DNA of 35,877 bases from the IMG/VR virus record IMGVR_UViG_3300029888_000103, one strand, 5' to 3'. This document shows, one piece after another, positions 27,283 to 35,877 of this stretch. The notes below the pieces were generated by a model. That model was given only the letters and a program-made list of their open reading frames with translations. It made no database searches and was not told the DNA's origin. Origin of the DNA: a virus. Its lineage: Duplodnaviria; Heunggongvirae; Uroviricota; Caudoviricetes. The translations under genes were made by a program, and so were the position numbers. Numbering within the stretch: the first letter of the stretch is position 1; every line of letters starts with the position of its first letter.

Positions 27283-29697
27283 TTAATACAGGTTTCGCCA
27301 CTTATCATCTTCCTGCAAACGCTGGTTCCGATAGAAGATACGCAGGCCTGCTCCTGACGGAATACTGCCGCCGCGAAGGAGTAAATCGACCTCTTTCTCG
27401 CTGCCATCAAATCCCCTGGACTTCAGTTCATACACGAGCTGCAGTCGCTGATGGTCTGTAATTCGCTGTTTGTAGTCTTTACGCCGTTTCGGTTTCACCA
27501 GGCGTAACCTTGCTGCCAGTTCCCGGCGCTCTTTTTTGCTCATACTGTGCAGGTAATCGTGCAACTCCTTGTCATCCATGCGGGTGATATCCGTTCTGGT
27601 ATCTCCATCAGCTGATTTGTCTTTCCCTTGTTGGTACAAATTTTCAGCAAGGGGACAGTTATTGCCACGAGTCCAAGGGGCGCAAGCGCCCTGGTCGGCT
27701 GCCGCCTCCTGAACGTCAACGGCCTTACGAACCATTTTCCACTTCACTGCATGAGTGCAGATCTTGCCCTCTGCAATGGGTGACCAGATGCCATAAATAC
27801 GAATACCGTGATCGCCATAGGCGGTTGGCTCTTCGTTGATTTCATAAGCGGTTCTGATGAGGTGATATTTGCGGGGAACCAGTACGCCGCCCTGCTTCAT
27901 GATGTAGGTGGCAAAACAACCAGCATCAGCAGCAGCCAGAATGGCATCAAGACGCGGGTTATCCAGTACCGGCGCACCTGCTTTTTTGTCACCCTGTTGC
28001 CTTGCCGCCTGACCAGCCAGCAAGCGAAGTTCACGGTAAGCCTGACGTCCCGGAATACCAAAGAAGCGGAATTGCTGAACACGATGCAGAGACGCCCAGG
28101 CATTAACGTATTCAGCGTTATCACGCAGGGATTTACCCGTTTCCTTGCTGATCTCGCCAGCCAGACCACGCCCGTCAATGTTCTTACTGATGTATTTCGC
28201 GATGTAGCTTGTCGGCGTTCCTTTGCGCGGGTTTATCAGCTCAGATTTAAAGCGTGGACCAGTGTTATTACCCAGTTCCTCGCGGTCTTCACGGATGGCA
28301 AACTTACGCAACAATGCAGTAATGGCGCGGCGGTCTTTTTTGCGCATGAAACACAACAGGTGCCAGTGAACTGTACCGTCATGATGCGGCTCAGCCACCC
28401 GCACGCCATACCAGCGCAACCCGGCTTTGTGCATCGCCTTACGAAATGCAGCAAACATGCCGACCAGATAATCGCTGCTTTGTCTTACCGTCGCATTTGT
28501 CCAGGTTGGGTTTGGTCTGCCGTTATTGAGCGTGGAATGGAAACGTGACGGACAGGTAATGGTGTAGAAAACGGCGCAGTCACCGCGCATTTCCGCGATA
28601 AGCTCCAGACCTTTAACACAGGCCATCATCTCATTGCGGCGGTGCGCCGGGTTGCTGCTGCTGGCGTTTACCACGTCTTCCATATCCAGCGTGTCGCCCT
28701 CTTCGTTCACCAGTTCATGAGAACGGAAAAACTCCAGTGACTTGCGGCGCTGCTCACGTTTATGCATCACGGCTTCATAGCTGACATAGGGAGATGCTTT
28801 TTTGCTGACCAGGCAGACAGCACGCAACTGCTCTTCCCGCCATTCGCAACGCATTTTCCATAATTTCCGGTACCACCAGTCGGCGCACAACATACGCGCC
28901 AGCGAACCCGGAATGAGTTCATAGGGCACGGGTTTACGGCGGTTTCTTTTCCGACGGAGTTGCTCAAACGCAGGCGGGATGACATCCAGACGCAGGGTTT
29001 CCGCTGCCACCTTTTCCCATGTCTTGCGGATTTCTTCTGGCTTAACGTCATCGGTGGCATACAAATCACCACAAGCTGCATCAAGGCACATGCTCATATG
29101 CGCAGCGACAAGGGTAGACAGGCGTTTCACCTGATCCTGACTCATTTCAGGCAGAATCAGCAGGCCGTCCAGCCCTACATGGCTTGCCATAAAACGAAAA
29201 GATGCAGATAGCTGGCTGTCGCGTACATGCTCCAGTCGTTCCAGACATGGCTTAATCGTCTCACGTAAATAGCGGGAATAAGCCTTTGGCCTGCCCAGGC
29301 TGCTGAAGTATTCAATACGTTGCATCAGCGGCTTGCTGATATGGGAGGGCTGGGCGCTGACGTCTGCCAGAATGACCATGTCCGGGTTAAAACGCTGCTG
29401 CTCATGCGCCAACTTTGCCCGGCTAATGAGCTTATCCTGCTCTATTTCGCGTTGGACAGGATCACGGGATTCATTAAAGAAATAACGCTCCCAGACCTGA
29501 TCACTCAGTGCCTCGCGGCGCAGTTGTTCCTGCTCGTTATCGGCAGCGTACAGAGTGATCAGGTTTGAAAGCGCAGAAACCGGCGCAACTTCCGCCGGGT
29601 CCAGATAAGGGTTAATGGCCTTTTTCGGGCTGTTCCATGAGAACGATGCGGCAGCCTCGTTAAAGCCGCAGCAGTTGCTCATATCGGCATGGCTCAT
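27283..29697 (-). CDS. A: replication initiation protein gpA (rolling-circle initiator family)
   Basis: 804-aa ORF in the gpA position of the early operon; start overlaps the stop of the upstream methylase gene. Confidence 0.88.
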   Translation of the reverse strand: MSHADMSNCCGFNEAAASFSWNSPKKAINPYLDPAEVAPVSALSNLITLYAADNEQEQLRREALSDQVWERYFFNESRDPVQREIEQDKLISRAKLAHEQQRFNPDMVILADVSAQPSHISKPLMQRIEYFSSLGRPKAYSRYLRETIKPCLERLEHVRDSQLSASFRFMASHVGLDGLLILPEMSQDQVKRLSTLVAAHMSMCLDAACGDLYATDDVKPEEIRKTWEKVAAETLRLDVIPPAFEQLRRKRNRRKPVPYELIPGSLARMLCADWWYRKLWKMRCEWREEQLRAVCLVSKKASPYVSYEAVMHKREQRRKSLEFFRSHELVNEEGDTLDMEDVVNASSSNPAHRRNEMMACVKGLELIAEMRGDCAVFYTITCPSRFHSTLNNGRPNPTWTNATVRQSSDYLVGMFAAFRKAMHKAGLRWYGVRVAEPHHDGTVHWHLLCFMRKKDRRAITALLRKFAIREDREELGNNTGPRFKSELINPRKGTPTSYIAKYISKNIDGRGLAGEISKETGKSLRDNAEYVNAWASLHRVQQFRFFGIPGRQAYRELRLLAGQAARQQGDKKAGAPVLDNPRLDAILAAADAGCFATYIMKQGGVLVPRKYHLIRTAYEINEEPTAYGDHGIRIYGIWSPIAEGKICTHAVKWKMVRKAVDVQEAAADQGACAPWTRGNNCPLAENLYQQGKDKSADGDTRTDITRMDDKELHDYLHSMSKKERRELAARLRLVKPKRRKDYKQRITDHQRLQLVYELKSRGFDGSEKEVDLLLRGGSIPSGAGLRIFYRNQRLQEDDKWRNLY

Positions 29698-30551
29698 GCA
29701 CGTACTCCGTACACGGCAGAACTATCCACGCCACGCGAATAATCAAATCCCACCCAGCAGCGCGGCCCGGAAACAGCAATGATTTCTGTTGCTGATTTAC
29801 TCTCACCAGCTGCTACGCCGATGCTGCGTTTTACCTTGATATAGTGGTGAGTAAAATTGCGATACAGCGAACGGATCAGGGATGTGTCACTGTTAGAAAC
29901 AATGACCGGATGTCCTTCTGATGACCGATGTTCAAGAACGGATGCCAGGTGATACTGGTCATCTTCAGTAAAGCCGTCAGCGTGATAGCCGGAAAACGTA
30001 CCGTCATAAGGCGGATCGCAATACACCACATCCCCCGCCTTCAACATCGCCAGCGTTTCATCAAAGCTGGCGCAGATAAACGTTGCTCGCTGGGCTTTTT
30101 CTGCAAAAGCGCGAATTTCTTTTTCAGGGAAATACGGATTTTTATAATTACCGTAGGGAATGTTGAAATGCCCGCTCTTGTTATAGCGACATAACCCACG
30201 GTAACCGTGACGATTGAGATACAGGAAATATACCGCTTTCATGAAATCAGTAATTTCAGTTGAGTAATTAAACTCCTGCCTTATGTTGTAATAAGCCACC
30301 TCCCTGTTTGCGATCTCAAATAAAACTTTGGCGCGAGATATAAACGATTCACAATCAGCGGCAACCTTTTTATAGAGGTTGATTAAATCAGGATTAATAT
30401 CCGCAACCAGATAGCAGGGATAATCCGTCTCCATCATCACAGCACAGGAACCCGCGAAAGGTTCAACTAGTCGCGGACCAGCAGGAAGATGTTTTTTCAG
30501 TTCGGACATTACGGCGGTTTTATTTCCCGCCCATTTCAAGATGGTGCTCAT
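29694..30551 (-). CDS. DNA N6-adenine methyltransferase (Dam-like)
   Basis: DPPY catalytic motif ([10 protein letters not shown]) and N-terminal AdoMet-binding region (LKWAGNK...EPFAGSCAV); ATG at 30551 with a GGAGGTG Shine-Dalgarno sequence. Confidence 0.85.
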   Translation of the reverse strand: MSTILKWAGNKTAVMSELKKHLPAGPRLVEPFAGSCAVMMETDYPCYLVADINPDLINLYKKVAADCESFISRAKVLFEIANREVAYYNIRQEFNYSTEITDFMKAVYFLYLNRHGYRGLCRYNKSGHFNIPYGNYKNPYFPEKEIRAFAEKAQRATFICASFDETLAMLKAGDVVYCDPPYDGTFSGYHADGFTEDDQYHLASVLEHRSSEGHPVIVSNSDTSLIRSLYRNFTHHYIKVKRSIGVAAGESKSATEIIAVSGPRCWVGFDYSRGVDSSAVYGVRA

Positions 30552-30775
30552 ACAGCACCTCCGTTGTAATGTTTGCCTTTCAGCTCTGCGATTTCCTGAC
30601 ATGTAATGCAAAGCTGCACACCCGGAATGGCACGGCGGCGTGCTGGCGGAATTGGCGCTTCACACTCAACGCAAAGCACGCGGGACACGCCCGGCGTTTT
30701 GGCACGGGCAGCACGGATATGGCGCTGGCGTTCTTCTTCAACGCGCTGCTGTACGAGATCCATTGCATCAGCCAT
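30548..30775 (-). CDS. TraR/DksA-family C4 zinc-finger protein
   Basis: 75 aa with CxxC...CxxC (CVECEAPIP...CITCQE); 4-nt overlap with the methylase start. Confidence 0.72.
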   Translation of the reverse strand: MADAMDLVQQRVEEERQRHIRAARAKTPGVSRVLCVECEAPIPPARRRAIPGVQLCITCQEIAELKGKHYNGGAV

Positions 30776-31014
30776 TAGTGGATCTCCTGCGCTTCGTTCT
30801 GGATTGCTTCAGCAGTCACACGCAGCAGTTCTGCCGCTTCCACGTGGTTTAGCTGACGGGATGAGATATGACACGCCAGGCTATCAAGGCGAGCTGCCAT
30901 TGCTTCAGCCCTTGCCCGGCGTTCTTCCAGACGAGCCTCTGTCAGTAAAATATTAAGCCCTGCGTCATCCGGTCCGGTTTTAGTCGTGAGGGTTTCAATA
31001 TTACGCATAATCAA
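30775..31014 (-). CDS. hypothetical early-operon protein
   Basis: 79-aa ORF translationally coupled to the downstream gene; no motif recognised. Confidence 0.5.
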   Translation of the reverse strand: MIMRNIETLTTKTGPDDAGLNILLTEARLEERRARAEAMAARLDSLACHISSRQLNHVEAAELLRVTAEAIQNEAQEIH

Positions 31015-31075
31015 TTCTCCTGAATTTAGATAAAGGGATGCCCGGCGGGTTTACGCCATTAATTTCATTAGTTGG

Positions 31076-31417
31076 TTAATTCGGCATGGTTAGCCGTCTG
31101 GGAAATAAGCTCACCACTGCACGAAAATGATTCATTGCTTTAATCAGCTCCCGCTTTTCGTCAGTGGTCAGCTCATTAATGCTGATGCTATGACGTTCAG
31201 CTGGAATTTTTGCCATAAAGAATATGGCAGCCAGTGCTCGTTTATTTTGTTCATTATTGATATCCCGTGGATCACGCATATCTTTAATAAACCGCTCAAG
31301 CTCTGACTCAATATTCAGGCCAAAAACTTTCGCCCTTAACTCCGCAATGTGATTAAGTCCATTCAGGCGTTCACCGGGGCTTAATGGAACAGTTGCCGCA
31401 GCGCCTTCAATAGCCAT
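31076..31417 (-). CDS. hypothetical early-operon protein
   Basis: 113-aa ORF in the operon; no motif recognised. Confidence 0.5.
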   Translation of the reverse strand: MAIEGAAATVPLSPGERLNGLNHIAELRAKVFGLNIESELERFIKDMRDPRDINNEQNKRALAAIFFMAKIPAERHSISINELTTDEKRELIKAMNHFRAVVSLFPRRLTMPN

Positions 31418-31581
31418 TTGTTCCCCCGTTTTTTCGTAGATAGTTCTGCCAGCAATTCATCCTGTGAACGGCACGGATGCCAGCGTTTACCATCCTCCCC
31501 CATGATCCAGCCGTGACCGTAGTGCATTGCCGGGCTTTGTTTTACCAGCAGCGATGCAAATGATGGTTCTTTCGTCAGCAT
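31381..31581 (-). CDS. hypothetical small protein
   Basis: 66 aa from the ATG at 31581 (MLTKEPSF...), 7 nt after the cII stop, with a GAGGTG Shine-Dalgarno sequence. Confidence 0.45.
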   Translation of the reverse strand: MLTKEPSFASLLVKQSPAMHYGHGWIMGEDGKRWHPCRSQDELLAELSTKKRGNKWLLKALRQLFH

Positions 31582-31588
31582 AAGCACC

Positions 31589-32098
31589 TCACAGCAAACC
31601 GAATGAAGCACCGAGGCCAGTAACGGTATCAACTGCACTCGCCATCGCAGGATTAGCCTGTAAACGGGCCTGCAATGAAACAGCGGCCAGCGCCATCAGC
31701 CGTGTTACAGAGTTAATGCTGCTGATAGCATCACGACGACCTGCACTGGTTTTTACATCGCCGGATACCGCACCTGCAGCAACACGCCCGATCTCTGCGG
31801 TTGCACTCATGACATAATGCGGCAGTTTCTCTTTTGCCACCTCATTAATCGGTACACATGGCAGGCAGTGAATCTGTGCCAGAAAGCCATCTACCAGCGT
31901 TGAATCTTCAGTCAGATCGGTAAGCAACCAGATTTCTGGTGCGGTTAATAAATGAGGTTGAGCTGGGTTCAGCTTGTTCCGCAGAATCTGTACATTCATG
32001 CCTGCACGTTCTGCCAGTTGCACCAGGTTGTGGCGCAGTGCGAATGCACGACAGGCTTCGTCAAAATGTGGATGTTTGGAAACTTGGTAATCAAACAT
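31589..32098 (-). CDS. cII: CII-like transcriptional activator (186 type)
   Basis: 169 aa from [45 protein letters not shown]..., matching my recollection of phage 186 CII including the HTH; follows apl. Confidence 0.8.
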   Translation of the reverse strand: MFDYQVSKHPHFDEACRAFALRHNLVQLAERAGMNVQILRNKLNPAQPHLLTAPEIWLLTDLTEDSTLVDGFLAQIHCLPCVPINEVAKEKLPHYVMSATAEIGRVAAGAVSGDVKTSAGRRDAISSINSVTRLMALAAVSLQARLQANPAMASAVDTVTGLGASFGLL

Positions 32099-32130
32099 AG
32101 TCGACACCCCTGATGTATCCCAAAATGGAA

Positions 32131-32352
32131 CTAGTTGAATACAACATTGCAATCAGTAAGTGCATCAACGGTAAGAGCAGCAAGGTTGATCATTACCTTT
32201 TCTCTTTTCTTGTCTTTCCGAAGGCGATGGCGAGGGATGCGACCATCAGCCAGCATATCGTTGATGGTGTCGATAGAAAGACCAGTAAGTTCGCTATAAC
32301 GCTCAATTGTGACATGTGGCGTATTCAGAGTTATTGAAATGTTAGGGGTCAT
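32131..32352 (-). CDS. apl: Apl/Cox-type excisionase and lytic-promoter repressor (HTH)
   Basis: 73 aa from [44 protein letters not shown]; first gene of the rightward early operon, divergent from cI; GGAG Shine-Dalgarno sequence. Confidence 0.65.
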   Translation of the reverse strand: MTPNISITLNTPHVTIERYSELTGLSIDTINDMLADGRIPRHRLRKDKKREKVMINLAALTVDALTDCNVVFN

Positions 32353-32400
32353 GATGCAACATCTCCTATTGGCTTGTGGTGAGCCTGTAGTAATCGTGAC

Positions 32401-32472
32401 AAGTACCCAAATGGGGACAAAATTGATACTAGGATCGCAAAAGAGATATGTCAACATCAAAGTACCCAAATG
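32401..32472. promoter_or_regulatory. direct repeats in the immunity switch region (candidate operator elements)
   Basis: AAGTACCCAAATG occurs twice (32401-32413 and 32460-32472), 59 bp apart, flanking the candidate promoter. Confidence 0.4.
32426..32454 (-). promoter_or_regulatory. candidate early lytic promoter (pR-like)
   Basis: Minus strand reads TTGACA-17 nt-TAGTAT; the -35 overlaps the cI start codon, so a bound repressor or polymerase here would couple the two transcription units. Confidence 0.5.
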
Positions 32473-33044
32473 AGATCAAAATAAATCCCAATAAAGGTGG
32501 TAAGGCTGCGATTGAGCGATTAGTCGAAGCTTATGGCTTTACGACACGACAGGCTTTAGCTGATCACTTGGAAGTATCAAAAAGCACTCTGGCGAACAGG
32601 TATTTGCGGGATACGTTTCCTGCAGACTGGATAATCCAATGTGCTCTTGAAACAGGAACCTCACTGAAATGGTTAACCACCGGGCAAGGCCTTAAGCAAA
32701 GCTCGCTGACAGCAGCTACAGAAGAGCTTGCCAAGTTTCGCCTTACCGCAGGCAAAATGATTGAAGATGGTTCATATGTCTTCGATTCATCATTTCTTCC
32801 TGCAAATCTTTCATCACCAATTGTTATTCAGGATGGGCTCGTCACATACATTTGTGATCAAAAATTTTCTGAAGTACTTGATGGGCACTGGTTAATCAAC
32901 ATCGACGGAACCTATTCCATTCGAAAAATCACAAAGCTTCCAAAAGGTATGATTAAAATTACAAGTACAGAGAATAGCTTTGAATGTGCATTTTCTGATA
33001 TTGAAGTAGTTGCTTGTATAAGAAGTACAATAGTTTCAAATTAA
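32448..33044 (+). CDS. cI: CI immunity repressor (186 type)
   Basis: 198 aa; N-terminal HTH region (…AIERLVEAYGFTTRQALADHLEVSKSTLANRY…ALETGTSLKWLTTGQG) and a C-terminal domain, like 186 CI in length and organisation. Confidence 0.85.
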   Translation: MSTSKYPNEIKINPNKGGKAAIERLVEAYGFTTRQALADHLEVSKSTLANRYLRDTFPADWIIQCALETGTSLKWLTTGQGLKQSSLTAATEELAKFRLTAGKMIEDGSYVFDSSFLPANLSSPIVIQDGLVTYICDQKFSEVLDGHWLINIDGTYSIRKITKLPKGMIKITSTENSFECAFSDIEVVACIRSTIVSN

Positions 33045-33064
33045 TATAGTAAAAGGATTTAAAA

Positions 33065-34741
33065 ATGAATTCATTTTCCATCGTTATATTCTTATTAGCA
33101 TTTCTCGCCCCCATTCTAGCTGTAATATTATTTAAGCAAAGCAAAAAACATAAAGCGGCTATAAATACCTTGACAGCTAACAACATAGCCCTTTCCAACC
33201 AACTGAAAGAAAATCAAGAAGAATTAGCACAGACTGTACGAGAACTATCAGAGCTTGAAGGACGAGCTGCGCCATTATGGCAATACGTAGAATTGCACAG
33301 CGCAGTGATGGAAGCAGAGAATAAGATAAAAAATGCAGACTCAATAGCCAGGCAAAAAATAGAAGAAGCCCAAATAAAGGCTGCTAAGACAGTAAACGAA
33401 GCAAATTATCAAGCTCAGATAAAAATAAGCAACGCTAATAGCGAAGCTATAGCAATTACTAAAGACGCTCGCGATGCACGCCTGAAAGCTAAAGAACGTC
33501 TTGATAATGCCAATAGTAAAGCAAATGAGCTGATCTCAAATGCTAATGACAATGCAGTGAAAATTATTTCCGATGCAGAAGAAAGAGCAAAAGAGATTGC
33601 TGGTTCAGCATATGAAGCTAAAGAGTTTGCAGAAAAATATGAAGCAGTTGCCAAATCAATGAAAAATAAAATTGAAGGTTATGGTGATGAATGGATCATC
33701 CCTAACCGTAGCGTTCTCGATGAATTGGCAGAAAATTATGAGTTTACAGATGCAGGTAAGGAATTACAAAAAGCCAGGGAGTTAACAAAATCATTAATAA
33801 AAACTAATAAAGCTGCTTCGTGTGATTATGTTGAACAAAACAGGCGTAATACTGCTATCAACTTTGTTTTAGATGCCTTCAATGGAAGAGTTGACAGTAT
33901 TTTATCAAAAGTCAAACACAACAATTTTGGAAAACTTTCCCAAGAGATAAAAGATGCGTTTCAACTTGTAAATTACAATGGTTCTGCCTTTAGGTCCGCA
34001 AAAATAAGTGACATCTATCTTCAAGCTCGACTCAACGAGCTAAAATGGGGAGTTGCAGTTAATGAAATTATGCTCGAAGAAAAAGAAGAGCAAAGAAGGA
34101 TTAAAGAACAACTTCGTGAAGAGGAAAGAGCTCGTAGGGAGTATGAAAAAGCGATAAAAGAAGCTGAAAAAGAAGAGAAAGCTATTCAGCAAGCTATAAA
34201 TAAAGCAACAAAAGAGCTTATGCTTGCAAATGAAGAACAACGCTTAGCTTTAGAGCAAAAAATAGCTGAACTACAGTTAAAATATGAAGAAGCTGAAGCT
34301 AAAAACCAACGAGCTATTTCTATGGCTCAACAAACTAGATCAGGCCACGTTTATATAATTAGTAATATTGGCTCATTTGGCGAAGATGTATATAAAATTG
34401 GAATGACACGCCGCCTTGAACCACTTGATCGTGTTCGTGAACTCGGTGATGCTAGTGTTCCTTTTTCGTTCGATGTTCATGCGATGATTTATAGTGATGA
34501 TGCACCATCATTAGAAAATCATCTGCATAAAGTCTTCAACGAAAAACAGGTCAATAAAATTAACTCACGAAAAGAGTTTTTCAACGTAAATATTAAAGAA
34601 ATTAAGTCTGTTATTGAAGATATGAACATCAACGCACAATGGACAATGTTTGCGGAAGCGAAAGAATATAGAGAGTCACTGGCGATTGAGCAAGAGCGCA
34701 AAGCAGCAACTTCCGCCAACGATGAACTGCATGTTGCTTAG
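33065..34741 (+). CDS. membrane-anchored coiled-coil protein with DUF4041-like and T5orf172/GIY-YIG-like C-terminal module (cargo)
   Basis: 558 aa; N-terminal TM helix (FSIVIFLLAFLAPILAVILF), about 250 aa of A/K/E/N/Q-rich heptad-like sequence, and a C-terminal region GHVYIISN...VYKIGMTRRLEPLDRVRELG...FDVHAMIYSDDAPSLENHLHKVF that I recognise as T5orf172-like; AAGGA Shine-Dalgarno sequence; 20 bp after the cI stop. Confidence 0.8.
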   Translation: MNSFSIVIFLLAFLAPILAVILFKQSKKHKAAINTLTANNIALSNQLKENQEELAQTVRELSELEGRAAPLWQYVELHSAVMEAENKIKNADSIARQKIEEAQIKAAKTVNEANYQAQIKISNANSEAIAITKDARDARLKAKERLDNANSKANELISNANDNAVKIISDAEERAKEIAGSAYEAKEFAEKYEAVAKSMKNKIEGYGDEWIIPNRSVLDELAENYEFTDAGKELQKARELTKSLIKTNKAASCDYVEQNRRNTAINFVLDAFNGRVDSILSKVKHNNFGKLSQEIKDAFQLVNYNGSAFRSAKISDIYLQARLNELKWGVAVNEIMLEEKEEQRRIKEQLREEERARREYEKAIKEAEKEEKAIQQAINKATKELMLANEEQRLALEQKIAELQLKYEEAEAKNQRAISMAQQTRSGHVYIISNIGSFGEDVYKIGMTRRLEPLDRVRELGDASVPFSFDVHAMIYSDDAPSLENHLHKVFNEKQVNKINSRKEFFNVNIKEIKSVIEDMNINAQWTMFAEAKEYRESLAIEQERKAATSANDELHVA

Positions 34742-34799
34742 CAATGTATGTTTCATAGTAATCACACATTGATTACTGGTTGTATATACAGTTAAATTT

Positions 34800-34824
34800 A
34801 GCCCTCTGATATGAGGGCTTTTTT
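34800..34824 (+). terminator. intrinsic terminator abutting the int start codon
   Basis: AGCCCTC-tgatat-GAGGGCT followed by TTTTT, then immediately the int ATG at 34825. Confidence 0.6.
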
Positions 34825-35877
34825 ATGGCAGTACGAAAACTCACCACAGGAAAATGGCTTTGCGAATGTTACCCCGCCGGACGTAGTGGACGTCGTGTGC
34901 GTAAACAATTCGCCACCAAAGGCGAAGCTCTGGCTTTTGAGCGTCACACGATGGAAGAAACCGAAGCAAAGCCCTGGCTGGGTGAATCAGTGGATCGTCG
35001 AACACTGAAAGACGTGGTTGAACTATGGTTCAAACTACATGGTAAATCTCTGACAGCTGGGCAGCATGTCTATGACAAATTGCTGTTGATGGTTGACGCT
35101 CTGGGCAATCCTCTTGCAACCGATCTCACCTCTAAAATGTTTGCCCACTATCGAGATAAACGCCTGACAGGCGAGATCTACTTCAGCGAGAAATGGAAGA
35201 AAGGAGCAAGCCCGGTCACCATTAACCTGGAGCAAAGCTATCTAAGTAGTGTTTTTAGCGAACTATCCCGTCTGGGCGAATGGTCGTATCCGAACCCACT
35301 GGAGAACATGCGAAAATTCACCATCGCAGAAAAAGAGATGGCATGGCTTACCCATGAGCAGATTGTTGAATTGCTGGCTGATTGCAAACGTCAGGACCCA
35401 ATTCTGGCACTGGTAGTTAAGATATGCTTAAGCACAGGCGCACGCTGGCGTGAAGCCGTAAATCTTACTCGCTCACAGGTGACCAAATACCGAATTACCT
35501 TTGTCAGAACGAAGGGGAAGAAAAACAGAAGCATCCCTATCAGTAAAGAGCTTTACGAAGAGATCATGGCGCTTGATGGGTTCAATTTCTTCACAGACTG
35601 CTATTTTCAATTTTTATCCGTGATGGAAAAAACGTCTATCGTGCTCCCTCGCGGTCAACTCACACACGTTCTGCGCCATACGTTTGCGGCGCACTTCATG
35701 ATGTCGGGTGGAAACATTCTGGCCTTACAAAAAATTCTCGGACACCACGATATAAAAATGACTATGCGTTACGCACATCTGGCACCGGATCATCTGGAAA
35801 CGGCGCTCCGTTTCAATCCTCTGGCAACGCTGCCAAGTGGCGACAAAGTGGCGGCAGCGGTTGGCATTACCCCGTAA
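34825..35877 (+). CDS. int: tyrosine integrase (P2/186 Int family)
   Basis: 350 aa; N-terminal MAVRKLTTGKWLCECYP...KQFATKGEALAFERHT parallels P2 Int (MAIKKLDDGRYEVDIRPTG...KFDKKSEAVAFEKYT); C-terminal catalytic region with ARWREA..., HVLRHTFAAHFMMSGG and RYAHL motifs; the stop codon is the last triplet of the window. Confidence 0.92.
   Translation: MAVRKLTTGKWLCECYPAGRSGRRVRKQFATKGEALAFERHTMEETEAKPWLGESVDRRTLKDVVELWFKLHGKSLTAGQHVYDKLLLMVDALGNPLATDLTSKMFAHYRDKRLTGEIYFSEKWKKGASPVTINLEQSYLSSVFSELSRLGEWSYPNPLENMRKFTIAEKEMAWLTHEQIVELLADCKRQDPILALVVKICLSTGARWREAVNLTRSQVTKYRITFVRTKGKKNRSIPISKELYEEIMALDGFNFFTDCYFQFLSVMEKTSIVLPRGQLTHVLRHTFAAHFMMSGGNILALQKILGHHDIKMTMRYAHLAPDHLETALRFNPLATLPSGDKVAAAVGITP

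Noticed and set aside
27808-28548. 246-aa plus-strand ORF
   Set aside because: Antisense within replication gene A
1-35877. CRISPR arrays, IS elements or transposase genes
   Set aside because: No regularly spaced direct repeats with unique spacers and no transposase-like ORFs or terminal inverted repeats were seen; the only mobile-DNA signatures are the prophage itself and the invertase segment

Overview
The window is an Escherichia coli chromosomal segment (grxA, ybjM, ybjL at 1-2620) followed by an apparently complete P2/186-family myovirus prophage that runs from ogr (2856) to the integrase, whose stop codon ends the window (35877). All calls rest on reading the supplied ORF translations and sequence by eye and on recalled protein families; no database search was run. 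The prophage carries the full P2-type late gene set (D-U-T-E/E'-FII-FI, G-H-I-J-W-V-S-R, lysis cassette, X-L-M-N-O, divergent P-Q), a Pin/Gin-type invertible tail-fibre segment, three TGT-N12-ACA late-activator sites, a probable cos site, and a 186-type immunity region (cI, apl, cII) with a LexA-controlled DinI/Tum-like module. The most interesting parts are three AT-rich cargo insertions at positions where this phage family usually has nothing or carries defence genes: (1) a 558-aa TM/coiled-coil/DUF4041/T5orf172-like protein inserted between cI and int, (2) an uncharacterised 290-aa protein in the old/tin-equivalent slot between cos and the tum-like operon, and (3) a 97-aa ORF wedged between the portal gene and cos. 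These are candidate lysogen-expressed anti-phage or superinfection-exclusion functions of unknown mechanism.
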